A DNA stretch of 34,351 bases from a virus (taxonomy: Duplodnaviria; Caudoviricetes): IMG/VR virus record IMGVR_UViG_3300016652_000410, positions 1-34,351 of that record; one strand, 5' to 3'. Positions 23,773 to 33,263 of the stretch are shown piece by piece; position 1 is the first letter of the stretch; every line of letters starts with the position of its first letter. Below the pieces are notes generated by a model. It was not told the DNA's origin. It did not search any database and worked only from the letters and a program-made list of their open reading frames with translations. A program made the position numbers and the translations under genes.

Positions 23773-25742
23773 TTGATGCGAACTCTAAGTTCTTCGCGAT
23801 CCTGACGGACGTGGGGGCAGCTAAACTGGCAAACGCCAACGTCTTGGGCGTGCCGTGGAATATCACGGAAATGGGGCTGGGAGATGCGAACGACACGGAC
23901 CCGCAGCCCAGCGCCAAGCAAACCAAACTGATCAACGAATGGCGCCGCCGGCCGTTGAATCAGCTCAAAATCGACCCGGTCAATGCGGCTGTGATCATCG
24001 CCGAGCAGGTCATTCCAGCCGATGAGGGCGGCCGCTGGATTCGCGAGGTCGGGTTGTACGACGCGGACGGCGATCTGGTGGCAGTTGCAAACTGTGCCCC
24101 AAGCTTCAAGCCTATCCTGTCGCAGGGTTCGGGTCGCACGCAGGTGGTGCGGATGAACCTGATCGTTTCCAGTACCGCGAACATCAGCCTCAAGATCGAT
24201 CCTTCCGTGGTGCTGGCGACGCGAGAATACGTCGATTCGCGCATTCTGGAAGAGCTGAGCAAGCTCGACATCAAGCAGTCGGTGCGCGCCGCCACCACAG
24301 CCAACATCAATCTTGTCGGTCTGCAGACGATTGACGGTCTCGCGCTCGCGGCCGGTGACCGGGTGCTGGTGAAGAATCAGGTGGCCGCCAAGGATAACGG
24401 GCCATATGTGGTGGCAGTGGGTGCCTGGTCGCGGGCCAAGGATGCTGACAGCAACACCAAGGTAACGCCCAACCTGACAGTGGCGGTTGAGGCCGGTACT
24501 ACGCAGGCTGACACGATTTGGCAACTGGTGACAGATGGGCCGATTGTCGTGGGCACCACCGCGCTGACATTCAAGGACATCACTGACGGCTTTGCTCGTT
24601 TGTTCTCGCCGAGTTTTGCAGGTAACCCAACGGTTCCAACGCCGGTGCAATTTGATGTCAGCAAGTCGATTGTGAACACCGAGTTTTTACGGCGTCGGGG
24701 TGTTGAGTTCTCTGGGTTCACCACGAACAGCGCCAGTTTGGTGATGTCCGCTGATCACGCCGGGGGAATTCACAGTTTCTCCAGCGTGGCCCAGCTGACG
24801 GCCACTTTGCCGCCGACTGCTGCGATTGCGCAGGCTGCGACGATCAAGGTGGCTTGCGCGGGGGCTGGTGGTTTGATTGTTGCTCCTGCGGCGGGTGATG
24901 CGGTGCTTACGTGCAGCGGGGTAACCGGCTCACTGGTGATGGTATTGGGCGATACCGCCGAGTTCATCCGCCTGCAGGGGCAGTGGCGACTGGTCGGTGG
25001 CTCGGCGTCCATGAAATACGCCGGCACGATGATCGGCGAGAACTTCTCAACGCGGGCCAGATTCGACAACTCCAAGGCATTCGCGACGACTGAGTTTGTA
25101 CAGCGTGCGCTTGGAAATTATGCCGATGTGCTCAGCTTCACCGGAAACACCACGCTGACGCCTGAGGCGGTGGGGTGCATGGTGGCTGTTGGTGGGGGGG
25201 CTACCGCGACGGTGACCATGCCTGACGCCCTCTCTGTTCCGATTGGCGCCGTAATTACTTTGCTGGGAGGGGCGACGGGAGTTTTGACGGTGCAGGCTAA
25301 AGCTGGTCAGGCGATCGTCACGCTGAACTCTGTCGCTGGTCCGATTCAGATGCAGCCGGCCGTACTAGGTGTTTTCAGGCGATTGAGCGATGGCAGTGGC
25401 TGGATTCTTGAAGGGGGCGATGCGGCGCTTAAATATTCGCCGCACTTTGCCTGCTCGCTTGGAAGCACCGGATGGCGCAAGTTGCCTTCGGGGGAAATTG
25501 AGCAGTGGGGGCTGACAGGTGGGGCGGCTGCCGGCGCGGTGATGCCAATTACTTTTCCCTTAAAGTTTCCGACGGCATGCCTGAGTGTGCATCTGACTTA
25601 TGTCGACTCGGGCGTTCAAGCCCCCGCGTCACGCGGCGGCCCGGTTCAGGTCGGTCTTTTTTCGCAGACAGGATTCAGCTATTCACATTCCGGCACGAAC
25701 ACGTCAGGGCCGCAGCACTTCTGGACGGCCCGGGGATTTTAA
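23769..25742 (+). CDS. Tail fibre protein (P2 H-type N-terminus)
   Basis: ILTDVGAAKLANA, GGRWIREVGL, IDPSVVLATREYVD; two repeated internal modules; C-terminal GWRKLPSGEIEQWG. Confidence 0.93.
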   Translation: MIDANSKFFAILTDVGAAKLANANVLGVPWNITEMGLGDANDTDPQPSAKQTKLINEWRRRPLNQLKIDPVNAAVIIAEQVIPADEGGRWIREVGLYDADGDLVAVANCAPSFKPILSQGSGRTQVVRMNLIVSSTANISLKIDPSVVLATREYVDSRILEELSKLDIKQSVRAATTANINLVGLQTIDGLALAAGDRVLVKNQVAAKDNGPYVVAVGAWSRAKDADSNTKVTPNLTVAVEAGTTQADTIWQLVTDGPIVVGTTALTFKDITDGFARLFSPSFAGNPTVPTPVQFDVSKSIVNTEFLRRRGVEFSGFTTNSASLVMSADHAGGIHSFSSVAQLTATLPPTAAIAQAATIKVACAGAGGLIVAPAAGDAVLTCSGVTGSLVMVLGDTAEFIRLQGQWRLVGGSASMKYAGTMIGENFSTRARFDNSKAFATTEFVQRALGNYADVLSFTGNTTLTPEAVGCMVAVGGGATATVTMPDALSVPIGAVITLLGGATGVLTVQAKAGQAIVTLNSVAGPIQMQPAVLGVFRRLSDGSGWILEGGDAALKYSPHFACSLGSTGWRKLPSGEIEQWGLTGGAAAGAVMPITFPLKFPTACLSVHLTYVDSGVQAPASRGGPVQVGLFSQTGFSYSHSGTNTSGPQHFWTARGF

Positions 25743-25751
25743 GGAGCGCCC

Positions 25752-26177
25752 ATGTTTTACAGAGCTATCGAAAACGGATTCTATGATCCGGTTATTCACG
25801 ACGTCATTCCGGCGGATGCGGTAGAAATCCCTGACAGCCTCTACTTTGAATTGCTCAAGGGGCAGGAGGGTGGAAAGCGCATTGAGCCGGATCGTCAGGG
25901 CAATCCCCGGCTTGTCGATCCGCCGCCGCTCGATGCGCAGACGCTCGCGTCTATTGAACGCGCCTGGCGCGATGCGCAATTAGCGCTGACCGATTCGCTG
26001 GTGTCCCGGCACCGCGACGAGATCGAGGAGGGCGGCGCGACCTCGATCACGGCTGAGCAATACGCGGAGCTGCAGGGCTACCGCCGGCAGTTGCGCGACT
26101 GGCCGCAAGGTTCGCAATTTCCGCTCGCCGAGCATCGCCCGTTAACACCGAGCTGGCTAGCCACGCAAATCACTTAA
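25752..26177 (+). CDS. Tail fibre assembly chaperone
   Basis: GFYDPVIHDVIPADAVEI, ERAWRD, YRRQLRDWP; follows the fibre gene. Confidence 0.85.
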   Translation: MFYRAIENGFYDPVIHDVIPADAVEIPDSLYFELLKGQEGGKRIEPDRQGNPRLVDPPPLDAQTLASIERAWRDAQLALTDSLVSRHRDEIEEGGATSITAEQYAELQGYRRQLRDWPQGSQFPLAEHRPLTPSWLATQIT

Positions 26178-26260
26178 ACGCCCCGCACTCACGGGGCGTT
26201 TTTCATTTCGCCAAACGTAACACCAATACCTTGAGCCTCGCACACACGCGGGGCTTTTTC
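26176..26260 (+). terminator. Two tandem terminator-like hairpins before the sheath gene
   Basis: AAACGCCCCG-CACTCA-CGGGGCGTTTTT (26176-26203) and GAGCCTCGC-ACACAC-GCGGGGCTTTTT (26233-26259). Confidence 0.65.
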
Positions 26261-26280
26261 GTTTCTGGAGAACGAGCCTT

Positions 26281-27447
26281 ATGAGTTTCTTTCACGGCGT
26301 CACGACCACGGCGGTCGATACCGGCGCACGCACTATCTCGTTGCCGTCATCCTCGATCATCGGCTTGTGCGACACCTTCAGCCCTGGCTTAGTGGGCGGC
26401 GGTACGGCCAAAGCCGGCGAGCTTAAGCTGATCACCACCGAGCGTGAAGCCATTGCAGCGTTCGGCGCCGACTCAGCGATCACCAAGGCCTGCCAGGCGA
26501 TTTACGCCAAGGCTAAGGCGGTGATCGTCGCCATCGGTGTGCCGAAGATGGACGACCCGGCTCTGCAGACCTCGGCCATCATCGGCGGTGTCCTGGAGTC
26601 CGGTCAGCGTACCGGCCTGCAGGCGCTGCTCGACGGCAAGAGTCTGTTCAACGCCCAGCCGCGATTGCTGATCGCCCCCGGCCATTCGGCTACGCAAGCG
26701 GTGGCCACGGCCATGGATAGCCTGGCGCAGAAGCTTCGCGCCATTGGCATCATCGACGGGCCATGCACGACCGACGAGGCCGCTATGGCCTACGCGAAAA
26801 ACTTCGGCAGTCGCAACCTGTTCATGGTCGACCCCGGTGTGCAGTTCTGGGACACCGGCGAAAGCAAGACGGTGGACGCGCCCGGTTCGGCCTGGACTGC
26901 CGGCCTGTTTGCCTGGACGGATGCTACTTACGGCTTCTGGGCCTCGCCGTCGAACAAGGAATTCACTGGCATCACCGGTACCACCCGTGCGGTCGAGTAC
27001 CTGGATGGCGACGAGACCTGCCGAGCCAACCTGCTCAACAACGCGAACATCACCACGATCATTCGTGACGATGGTTTCCGTCTCTGGGGCAACCGCACGC
27101 TGTCGAGCGATCCGAAATGGGCGTTCGTCACCCGCGTGCGCACGTTGTTCATCCTCATGGATGCGGTACAGGCCGGCCATAAATGGGCGGTCGACCGCTC
27201 GATCACCAAGACCTACGTTAAGGACGTCACCGACGGCCTGGAAGCGTTCATGCGCGACCTGAAAAACCAAGGCGCGGTGATCAACTTCGAGGTGTTCCCG
27301 GATCACGAATTGAACACGGCCAGCCAGATCGAGCAGGGCAAGGTGTACTGGCGGATCCGCTTCACCGACGTACCGCCGGCTGAAAACCCGAACTTCCTTT
27401 TTGAGGTCACCAACGAGTGGATGACCGAAGTGCTTGAAGCTGCCTAA
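26281..27447 (+). CDS. Contractile tail sheath protein (FI)
   Basis: FFHGV, RTGLQALL, PRLLIAPG, GFWASPSN, GFRLWGNRT. Confidence 0.95.
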   Translation: MSFFHGVTTTAVDTGARTISLPSSSIIGLCDTFSPGLVGGGTAKAGELKLITTEREAIAAFGADSAITKACQAIYAKAKAVIVAIGVPKMDDPALQTSAIIGGVLESGQRTGLQALLDGKSLFNAQPRLLIAPGHSATQAVATAMDSLAQKLRAIGIIDGPCTTDEAAMAYAKNFGSRNLFMVDPGVQFWDTGESKTVDAPGSAWTAGLFAWTDATYGFWASPSNKEFTGITGTTRAVEYLDGDETCRANLLNNANITTIIRDDGFRLWGNRTLSSDPKWAFVTRVRTLFILMDAVQAGHKWAVDRSITKTYVKDVTDGLEAFMRDLKNQGAVINFEVFPDHELNTASQIEQGKVYWRIRFTDVPPAENPNFLFEVTNEWMTEVLEAA

Positions 27448-27459
27448 GGAGGCACCCTG

Positions 27460-27963
27460 ATGATTCCTGAAGTTCTCTCCAACTGCGCCGGGTTTATCGA
27501 CGGCGTCAGTTTTGCCGGTGAAATGCCGAGCCTCACCTTGCCCAAGGTGGTCCTGAAAACCGAAGCCTACCGAGGCGGTGGTATGGCCGGCGAGGTCGAG
27601 ATCCCGACCGGCGTGGAAAAGCTCGAGGCCGGTTTCACCACCAACGGTGTGCGCCGCGAAGCGCTGAAGTTTTTCGGCCTGTCTGATCGCACCGCCTGCA
27701 GCGCGGTGTTCCGAGGCTCGTTTAAAGGCCTCAAGGGCAAGGTCACCCCGGTGATTGTCACCATGCGTGGCGGCATCAAAGAGGTCGACATGGGCGACTG
27801 GAAACCCGGCGACAAGGCTGAGACCAAACACAGCATGGCACTGACCTACTACAAGCTCGAAGTTGCTGGCCGAGTAGTTTACGAGATCGACATGCTGGGG
27901 ATGGTCCTGGTCGTCGACGGCGTCGACCAGCTCGCTGATGAACGTTCGGCCCTGGGCCTTTAA
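27460..27963 (+). CDS. Tail tube protein (FII)
   Basis: LTLPK...YRGGGMAG, DMGDWKPG, YYKLEV...VDGVDQLA. Confidence 0.95.
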   Translation: MIPEVLSNCAGFIDGVSFAGEMPSLTLPKVVLKTEAYRGGGMAGEVEIPTGVEKLEAGFTTNGVRREALKFFGLSDRTACSAVFRGSFKGLKGKVTPVIVTMRGGIKEVDMGDWKPGDKAETKHSMALTYYKLEVAGRVVYEIDMLGMVLVVDGVDQLADERSALGL

Positions 27964-27975
27964 GGACACAATGAA

Positions 27976-28296
27976 ATGACGCAAACCAATCAAGCCACTC
28001 AAGAAAAGCCACTGCCAAGCTGGCTGCAACTGACCGAGGAAGGCTTTCGCATCTCACTGCGACACCCCACCGAACTGTCGGGTGTGCTGGTCGACACGCT
28101 GACCATTCGTGCGCCGTGCGTGCGAGACATTCGGGCCGCGCAAGCGAGCTGCAACGGCGATGAAGAAAAGCGCGAAATGTCCCTGTTTTCCTCGCTGACT
28201 CAGACCCCGGAACAGGATCTGATGGCCCTCAAGCTGGTCGACTACATGCGCTTGCAGAAAGGCTATTTTCGTCTGGTCCAAGACGACGAGATTTGA
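27976..28296 (+). CDS. Tail assembly chaperone (gpE-like)
   Basis: 106 aa between tube and tape measure; LTIRAPCVRDI...DYMRLQKGYF. Confidence 0.85.
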   Translation: MTQTNQATQEKPLPSWLQLTEEGFRISLRHPTELSGVLVDTLTIRAPCVRDIRAAQASCNGDEEKREMSLFSSLTQTPEQDLMALKLVDYMRLQKGYFRLVQDDEI

Positions 28297-28408
28297 CGGG
28301 CCAACGTTGAAGGGACTGGCCAAGCGACTGGCCAAGGAGACCGGTTTCTCGGCAGCCGAGATCATGGCCATGCCCTTCAACGACATCGTGTGGTGGCTCA
28401 CGGACTGA
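28262..28408 (+). CDS. gpE'-like frameshift extension of the tail chaperone (5' boundary approximate)
   Basis: +1 frame relative to gpE reads ...FDGPTLKGLAKRLAKETGFSAAEIMAMPFNDIVWWLTD, stop 28406-28408; resembles the P2 E' pattern. Confidence 0.7.
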   Translation, partial: AIFVWSKTTRFDGPTLKGLAKRLAKETGFSAAEIMAMPFNDIVWWLTD

Positions 28409-28445
28409 GCCATTTCCAATCATCCTCGACCCCCAGGACACGCAC

Positions 28446-31052
28446 ATGGCGAAGAACCTCGCACTCGGCTTTGTCATCGGCGGCGCCGTCGATCCGACGG
28501 TGGGCAAAGCGTTCAAGGACGTCGAAAGCAAGATCAAGCACCTGGACACGGTCGGCAGCAAAGCCCGCGTGCTGCAGAACACCATCGGCGACACCATGCG
28601 TCTGCGCGAGGAGTGGCGCAAGGCGCACGCAACCGGCGCCGCCGGTGCCGACAAGCTGTTGTCCAAATACGAAAAGAACCTCGACCTGCTGAAGAAACAA
28701 GGCGTCGAGGTCGGGCGGTTGAGCAAAGCCTACGCCACGATGGGTCGCGTTGCGGCCGGTGCTGAACTCAAGGCGCTCGGCCACCGGCAACTGGACGAAG
28801 GTCGGCAGGGGATGAAAAGCACCCTCGGCCAGGCTGGCGCGCTGACTGCCGCCGTAGCGATTCCTACCAAGGTCAGCGCGGACTACGGCGCGATCATTCG
28901 TGACATCGCGATCAAGGCCAACATTGCCAACACACCAGAAGAAACTCAGCTCTCCAAAACTGTGATCGGCACGTCGCGTGATACGGGCATGGCGCGCAAC
29001 CAGGTCGCCGAGTTGGTCAACGCCCTGGTCGGTGCCGGCATGGAGCTGGACAAGGCACTGGCCTATGCGCCGACGGCGGCCAAGTTCGCCGTAGGGCAGG
29101 GATCGGACGGCACAGAAACCGCCAAGATGATCAACGCCCTGGGGCAGAACGCCAAGATCACCGATCCGGCAGTGATGCAAAAGGCGCTGGAGGCCATCGC
29201 CTATCAGGGACAGGCAGGCAGTTTCGAAGCGGTCGACATGGCCAAGTGGTTTCCTGAGCTGTTGGCCGGTATGGGCAAGCTGGGCATCACCGGTATGGAC
29301 TCGGTGTCGCAATTGGGCGCGATGTTGCAGGTGCAGATGAAGACTGCCGGCGGCTCGGACGAAGCGGCCAACAACCTCAAAAACTGGATGGAGAAAATCG
29401 GCTCGGGGGAAACGGTCAAGGCTTACGAGAAAGCCGGCATCGACTACAAGGGGTCGATGCAGACTGGTCTGCAGAACGGCAAATCCACGCTGGAGTCCAG
29501 TTTCGCTTTGGCTCAAAAGTACATCGAAGCAACTGACCCGAAGCGGGCTGCCGAGATGGCCAAAGCCGTGGCTGGCATCAGCAAGGAGAGTGATTCAGAA
29601 AAGGCCAAGGGCATGATGAAGTCCCTGGAGGAGGCCTTGCGCACCGGCGACCTGTTTGCCGACATGCAGGTCAAGGCCGCTTTGACCGCGTACATGCAGA
29701 ACAAGGATCTGTATGAGCAGTTGAAGAAAGACTCGGCCAATGCCACCGGGATCCTCGACAAGAACCTGGCTGAGCGCCGGCAAACGTCCGCGCAAAAATG
29801 GTCCGAGATGGCCCAGAGCATGGACGATGCCATGCGCAGCATCGGTGATGCGATTCGGCCTGTTACTGATGCGGTGGCGGAGGGTATCACCAACGTCAGC
29901 CGCCAACTCGCGAGCCTGTCCGACGAGTCACCGCGTTTGGTGACGGCCATCGGCACCGCTGTGGCGAGCCTTGTCGCGCTCAAAGGTGCTGTCAGCGCAT
30001 TCAAGATGGGCAAAGGCCTGATGAATATCGGGCGCGGCACGTTGATGGGCAACGCGAACATTCCGCAAAAAGTCATTGTTACCAACCTGCCCGGTGCTGG
30101 TGGTGGGCTCAATGGCGGTGATTTTGATGTCGGTGGAGAAGGTAAGAAAAGCAAAGGGGGTAAAGGCGGCGGGAGAGGAGGAGGTGGTGGGCGTGGTGAC
30201 AAGATCGTGGGCGGCATGAAAGGCCCAGCGATCCTTGCAGTCGCGCAGGCGGGTTATCAGGCTTATGACACCTATGAGAACGCCGAGACGCAGGATGAAA
30301 AAGCTGAAGGCTATGGAAAGGCTGCAGGTGGTTTAGCCGGCACGTTGGCCGGCGCCGCTGCTGGTGCGGCTATCGGTACGGCGGTGCCGATCATTGGCAA
30401 CATCGTCGGCGGTTTGGTCGGTGGTTATCTCGGGTACATGGGCGGCGACGCGCTCGGCGGCTTTGCGGGCAAAGAGCTGTTCGGAGCCCCGGACTCACTC
30501 AAGAAAGTGCCGGACGCCGGTCCACTGATGATGGTCAATGCCGGGCAGAACATCCCGCCAGTGATGGGCAATATCGCCCGTTCATTCGCGCCGGTACCGG
30601 TCGTCAAAGACATGGTCCAGCCGCAGCCAAAAATGTTGCCACTTCTGACCGACGCTGCGCCCGTTACTCAAGCGACTCTCGACAGTCCCAAGCCACCACC
30701 GGCTCCGATGCAAGCGCTGCCGGCACAGGTTCCAACACTGCCTGTTTCCAAGCCACTGTTGCCTGAACGGGAGTCGACTGCCACAGCAATGGGGGATGTC
30801 ACGCGTGCATTGAATCAGCCGGCATCCCCAGCGGTACCGGCGATGCTTGCACCGCCTGCTGCTGCGAAACCCCAGTCGACCAAGGTCGAACAGCGGTTCG
30901 ATATTCAGGCACCTCTGCATGTCACCGTGCAGGGCGATGTCAAGGACCCGGCGCAACTGGCGCGAGAGCTTCAACCCTACATCGATCAGCAGTGGCGTCA
31001 GTCCACGCAGCAAATGCAAAACCGCTCGCTGTTCGACCAACCGCATGTGTAA
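28446..31052 (+). CDS. Tail tape measure protein
   Basis: 868 aa, Ala/Gly-rich and helical, GQAGSFEAVDMAKWFP, canonical position. Confidence 0.93.
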   Translation: MAKNLALGFVIGGAVDPTVGKAFKDVESKIKHLDTVGSKARVLQNTIGDTMRLREEWRKAHATGAAGADKLLSKYEKNLDLLKKQGVEVGRLSKAYATMGRVAAGAELKALGHRQLDEGRQGMKSTLGQAGALTAAVAIPTKVSADYGAIIRDIAIKANIANTPEETQLSKTVIGTSRDTGMARNQVAELVNALVGAGMELDKALAYAPTAAKFAVGQGSDGTETAKMINALGQNAKITDPAVMQKALEAIAYQGQAGSFEAVDMAKWFPELLAGMGKLGITGMDSVSQLGAMLQVQMKTAGGSDEAANNLKNWMEKIGSGETVKAYEKAGIDYKGSMQTGLQNGKSTLESSFALAQKYIEATDPKRAAEMAKAVAGISKESDSEKAKGMMKSLEEALRTGDLFADMQVKAALTAYMQNKDLYEQLKKDSANATGILDKNLAERRQTSAQKWSEMAQSMDDAMRSIGDAIRPVTDAVAEGITNVSRQLASLSDESPRLVTAIGTAVASLVALKGAVSAFKMGKGLMNIGRGTLMGNANIPQKVIVTNLPGAGGGLNGGDFDVGGEGKKSKGGKGGGRGGGGGRGDKIVGGMKGPAILAVAQAGYQAYDTYENAETQDEKAEGYGKAAGGLAGTLAGAAAGAAIGTAVPIIGNIVGGLVGGYLGYMGGDALGGFAGKELFGAPDSLKKVPDAGPLMMVNAGQNIPPVMGNIARSFAPVPVVKDMVQPQPKMLPLLTDAAPVTQATLDSPKPPPAPMQALPAQVPTLPVSKPLLPERESTATAMGDVTRALNQPASPAVPAMLAPPAAAKPQSTKVEQRFDIQAPLHVTVQGDVKDPAQLARELQPYIDQQWRQSTQQMQNRSLFDQPHV

Positions 31053-31064
31053 CGAGGAGGGCCA

Positions 31065-31910
31065 ATGGCCTACATGGAACAGCTACAGTCAGGATTGAAA
31101 AATTTGGCGGCAGCAGGAGAGAGCGGTCGGCGCAGCCTCGACGGCATGATGGGGCCAGTCAACGGTGCCATCAGCGAGATCAGCGGCGCGGCTTCGGAGC
31201 TGGAAGGGATTCCCTTTGTCGGTCCGGCGATGGGAGCAAAGCTGCAGCGTGTCATGCGCGGCGTCAACGCGGCTCAGGCCAAGGTCGGCCAGGTGGTGGC
31301 CACGTACAACAAAGCCACGCGTGCCGTATCGCAGATCGATGAGCGCATGGGCGAGCTGAAGGAACAGGCCGCTCGGGCGTCTACCGCAATCAACAAAGTC
31401 GCCGGCAAGGTCAGCCCTTCGCTGGCCAACATCGTGCCCACCGGTTCGCTGGGTGCTGATGCCACGCCATTACCGGAAGCGGTGAAGCCGTTCCCGCATC
31501 TGCTGATCGTGCAACCGCAGGATCCGCAGGCGCAGCCTTACTACTTCAATCTGGACACCGCCGCCTTTGATGAACTGCGGCGCTCGACTGAGTTTCGATG
31601 GGCTTCGCAGGAGCGACTCACCCGTCGGCCGGCACAGCAAGCGGTCGGTATCGGTGAGGAAAAGATCACGCTCAAGGGGGCGATCTTTCCCGGGTTCAAG
31701 GGCGGGATCAAACAACTGGACACCCTGCGCAGCCTCGGTGCCCAACTCAAGCCGCTGACCTTGACCACCGGCTATGGCGACGTGCTCGGCACCTGGTGCC
31801 TGAAGAGCGTTGAAGAAGAACAGAGCGCGCTGCTACAGGGTGGGATCCCGCGCAAGCAGGCGTTTACTTTGGAGTTTGTACGTTATGGCGACGACCTGCA
31901 GAACGTCTGA
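31065..31910 (+). CDS. Tail protein, gpU-like with N-terminal extension
   Basis: C-terminal RWASQERL...EKITLKG...GDVLGTW...FTLEF; follows the tape measure. Confidence 0.85.
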   Translation: MAYMEQLQSGLKNLAAAGESGRRSLDGMMGPVNGAISEISGAASELEGIPFVGPAMGAKLQRVMRGVNAAQAKVGQVVATYNKATRAVSQIDERMGELKEQAARASTAINKVAGKVSPSLANIVPTGSLGADATPLPEAVKPFPHLLIVQPQDPQAQPYYFNLDTAAFDELRRSTEFRWASQERLTRRPAQQAVGIGEEKITLKGAIFPGFKGGIKQLDTLRSLGAQLKPLTLTTGYGDVLGTWCLKSVEEEQSALLQGGIPRKQAFTLEFVRYGDDLQNV

Positions 31911-32091
31911 TGGGGATGTGCTGGACACCCTGTGTTACCACGCTTATGGGCACCTTGATGGCACGGTTGAGGCGGTGCTCGACGCCAATCAGGGGCTGGC
32001 GGATGAGCCGCAACCTTACCGCGCTGGCATCGTGATCGAGCTGCCGGATCTACCTGGTCCCATTGAAGAAGGCCTAGCACTATGGAATTGA
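31885..32091 (+). CDS. Tail protein X (LysM-like)
   Basis: ATG at 31885; GDVLDTLCYHAYG...VEAVLDANQGLA...IELPD. Confidence 0.9.
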   Translation: MATTCRTSDGDVLDTLCYHAYGHLDGTVEAVLDANQGLADEPQPYRAGIVIELPDLPGPIEEGLALWN

Positions 32092-32144
32092 TGGACTACA
32101 GTCAGGATGCAGCACTGACTGCTCCTTTTGAATCATCCCCTTCG

Positions 32145-32169
32145 AAACCCGCCTCGTGCGGGTTTTTTT
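32145..32169 (+). terminator. Intrinsic terminator-like hairpin before gene D
   Basis: AAACCCGC-CTCGT-GCGGGTTTTTTT. Confidence 0.65.
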
Positions 32170-32182
32170 ATGGGGAAAATAA

Positions 32183-33232
32183 ATGACCCCCGCCTTTCGT
32201 ATCGTGGCCGACGGTGCCGACATCACGCAGCGGATCAACGATCGACTGCTGCAGATCAAAACCACTGATAAACCTGGCATGGAATCCGATGAGTTCGAAT
32301 TACGCATCGATGATCGTGATGGTTCGGTGGTGTTGCCACCGCGCGGGGCCAGCATCGAGGTATTCCTGGGTTACGTTGAAACGTCGCTGATCCGCATCGG
32401 CCGCTATGTCGTCGACGAGATCGAGTTATCCGGTCCACCGGATACGCTGGTGATCACTGGCAAGGCCAGCGACATGCGCGGCAGTGGCAAGACGATCCGC
32501 AGCGGTAGTTGGGAAAACGTACCGTTGTCGCGGATCGTGGCCGACGTCGCCGCACGTAATGGCTGGCAACCGGTGTGCCCGATGCAAACCAAGGTGCCGC
32601 GTGCCGATCAGCTCAATGAATCGGACTTCAATTTCATCACGCGTCTTGCCAAGCAGTACGACTGCACCGCCAAGGTCGCCGACGGAAAGCTTCTGGTGAT
32701 GTCACGTCAGGGTGGGCAAAGCGCCTCGGGCAAGTCCTTCGGCGTTGTGCTGATCCAACGGCGCGACGTCAGTCGCTTCCAGTTTCGGCTCGGTGATCGC
32801 AACACGCACAAGGCGGTATCGACCAAGCACCAGGACAAGAAAACCGGAAAGCTCGCGGTGGTCACCTTGGACAACGACGAGTCGCCGGATGGATTGCCAC
32901 CGGTGCATACAGACCGCCACATCTACCCGAACAAGTCCGCAGCCGAAGCCGCCGCCAAGGCACGTCTCACTGCGTTCAACCGTTCCACCGCCGGTGTCCG
33001 GCTGGAAATGGTCGGACGCACCGACCTGTTCGCCGAACGCTCGATCAATGCCCAGGGTTTCAAGGTCGGCCTCGATGGCGAGTATTTGGTCGACTCGGTG
33101 GAGCAGGTATTCACCCAGGCCGGCTGGAGCACGACGGTCGAGTGCAACGGCGGCAAGAAGGGTAAAGCCAAAGCCAAGGGCAAGAAGAAAAAGGCGCCGA
33201 AGGATCTGAAGGTCGTTCAGCTCAAGCAGTAG
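32183..33232 (+). CDS. Baseplate hub/late control protein D
   Basis: PAFRIVADGADIT, SDEFELRIDD, DQLNESDFNFITRLA. Confidence 0.92.
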   Translation: MTPAFRIVADGADITQRINDRLLQIKTTDKPGMESDEFELRIDDRDGSVVLPPRGASIEVFLGYVETSLIRIGRYVVDEIELSGPPDTLVITGKASDMRGSGKTIRSGSWENVPLSRIVADVAARNGWQPVCPMQTKVPRADQLNESDFNFITRLAKQYDCTAKVADGKLLVMSRQGGQSASGKSFGVVLIQRRDVSRFQFRLGDRNTHKAVSTKHQDKKTGKLAVVTLDNDESPDGLPPVHTDRHIYPNKSAAEAAAKARLTAFNRSTAGVRLEMVGRTDLFAERSINAQGFKVGLDGEYLVDSVEQVFTQAGWSTTVECNGGKKGKAKAKGKKKKAPKDLKVVQLKQ

Positions 33233-33263
33233 CGCCGCATCATCACCACTCAAGGAGACATTG

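Noticed and set aside
23769-26177. Diversity-generating retroelement or invertible fibre cassette
   Set aside because: No reverse transcriptase, template/variable repeat pair, invertase or inverted alternative fibre ends in the window.
26473-28029. 518-aa minus-strand ORF opposite sheath and tube; likewise 14084-15226, 18524-19699 and 28398-29516
   Set aside because: Shadows of well-identified structural genes. Unlike the MTase beta frame, they carry no motif that complements the sense gene.
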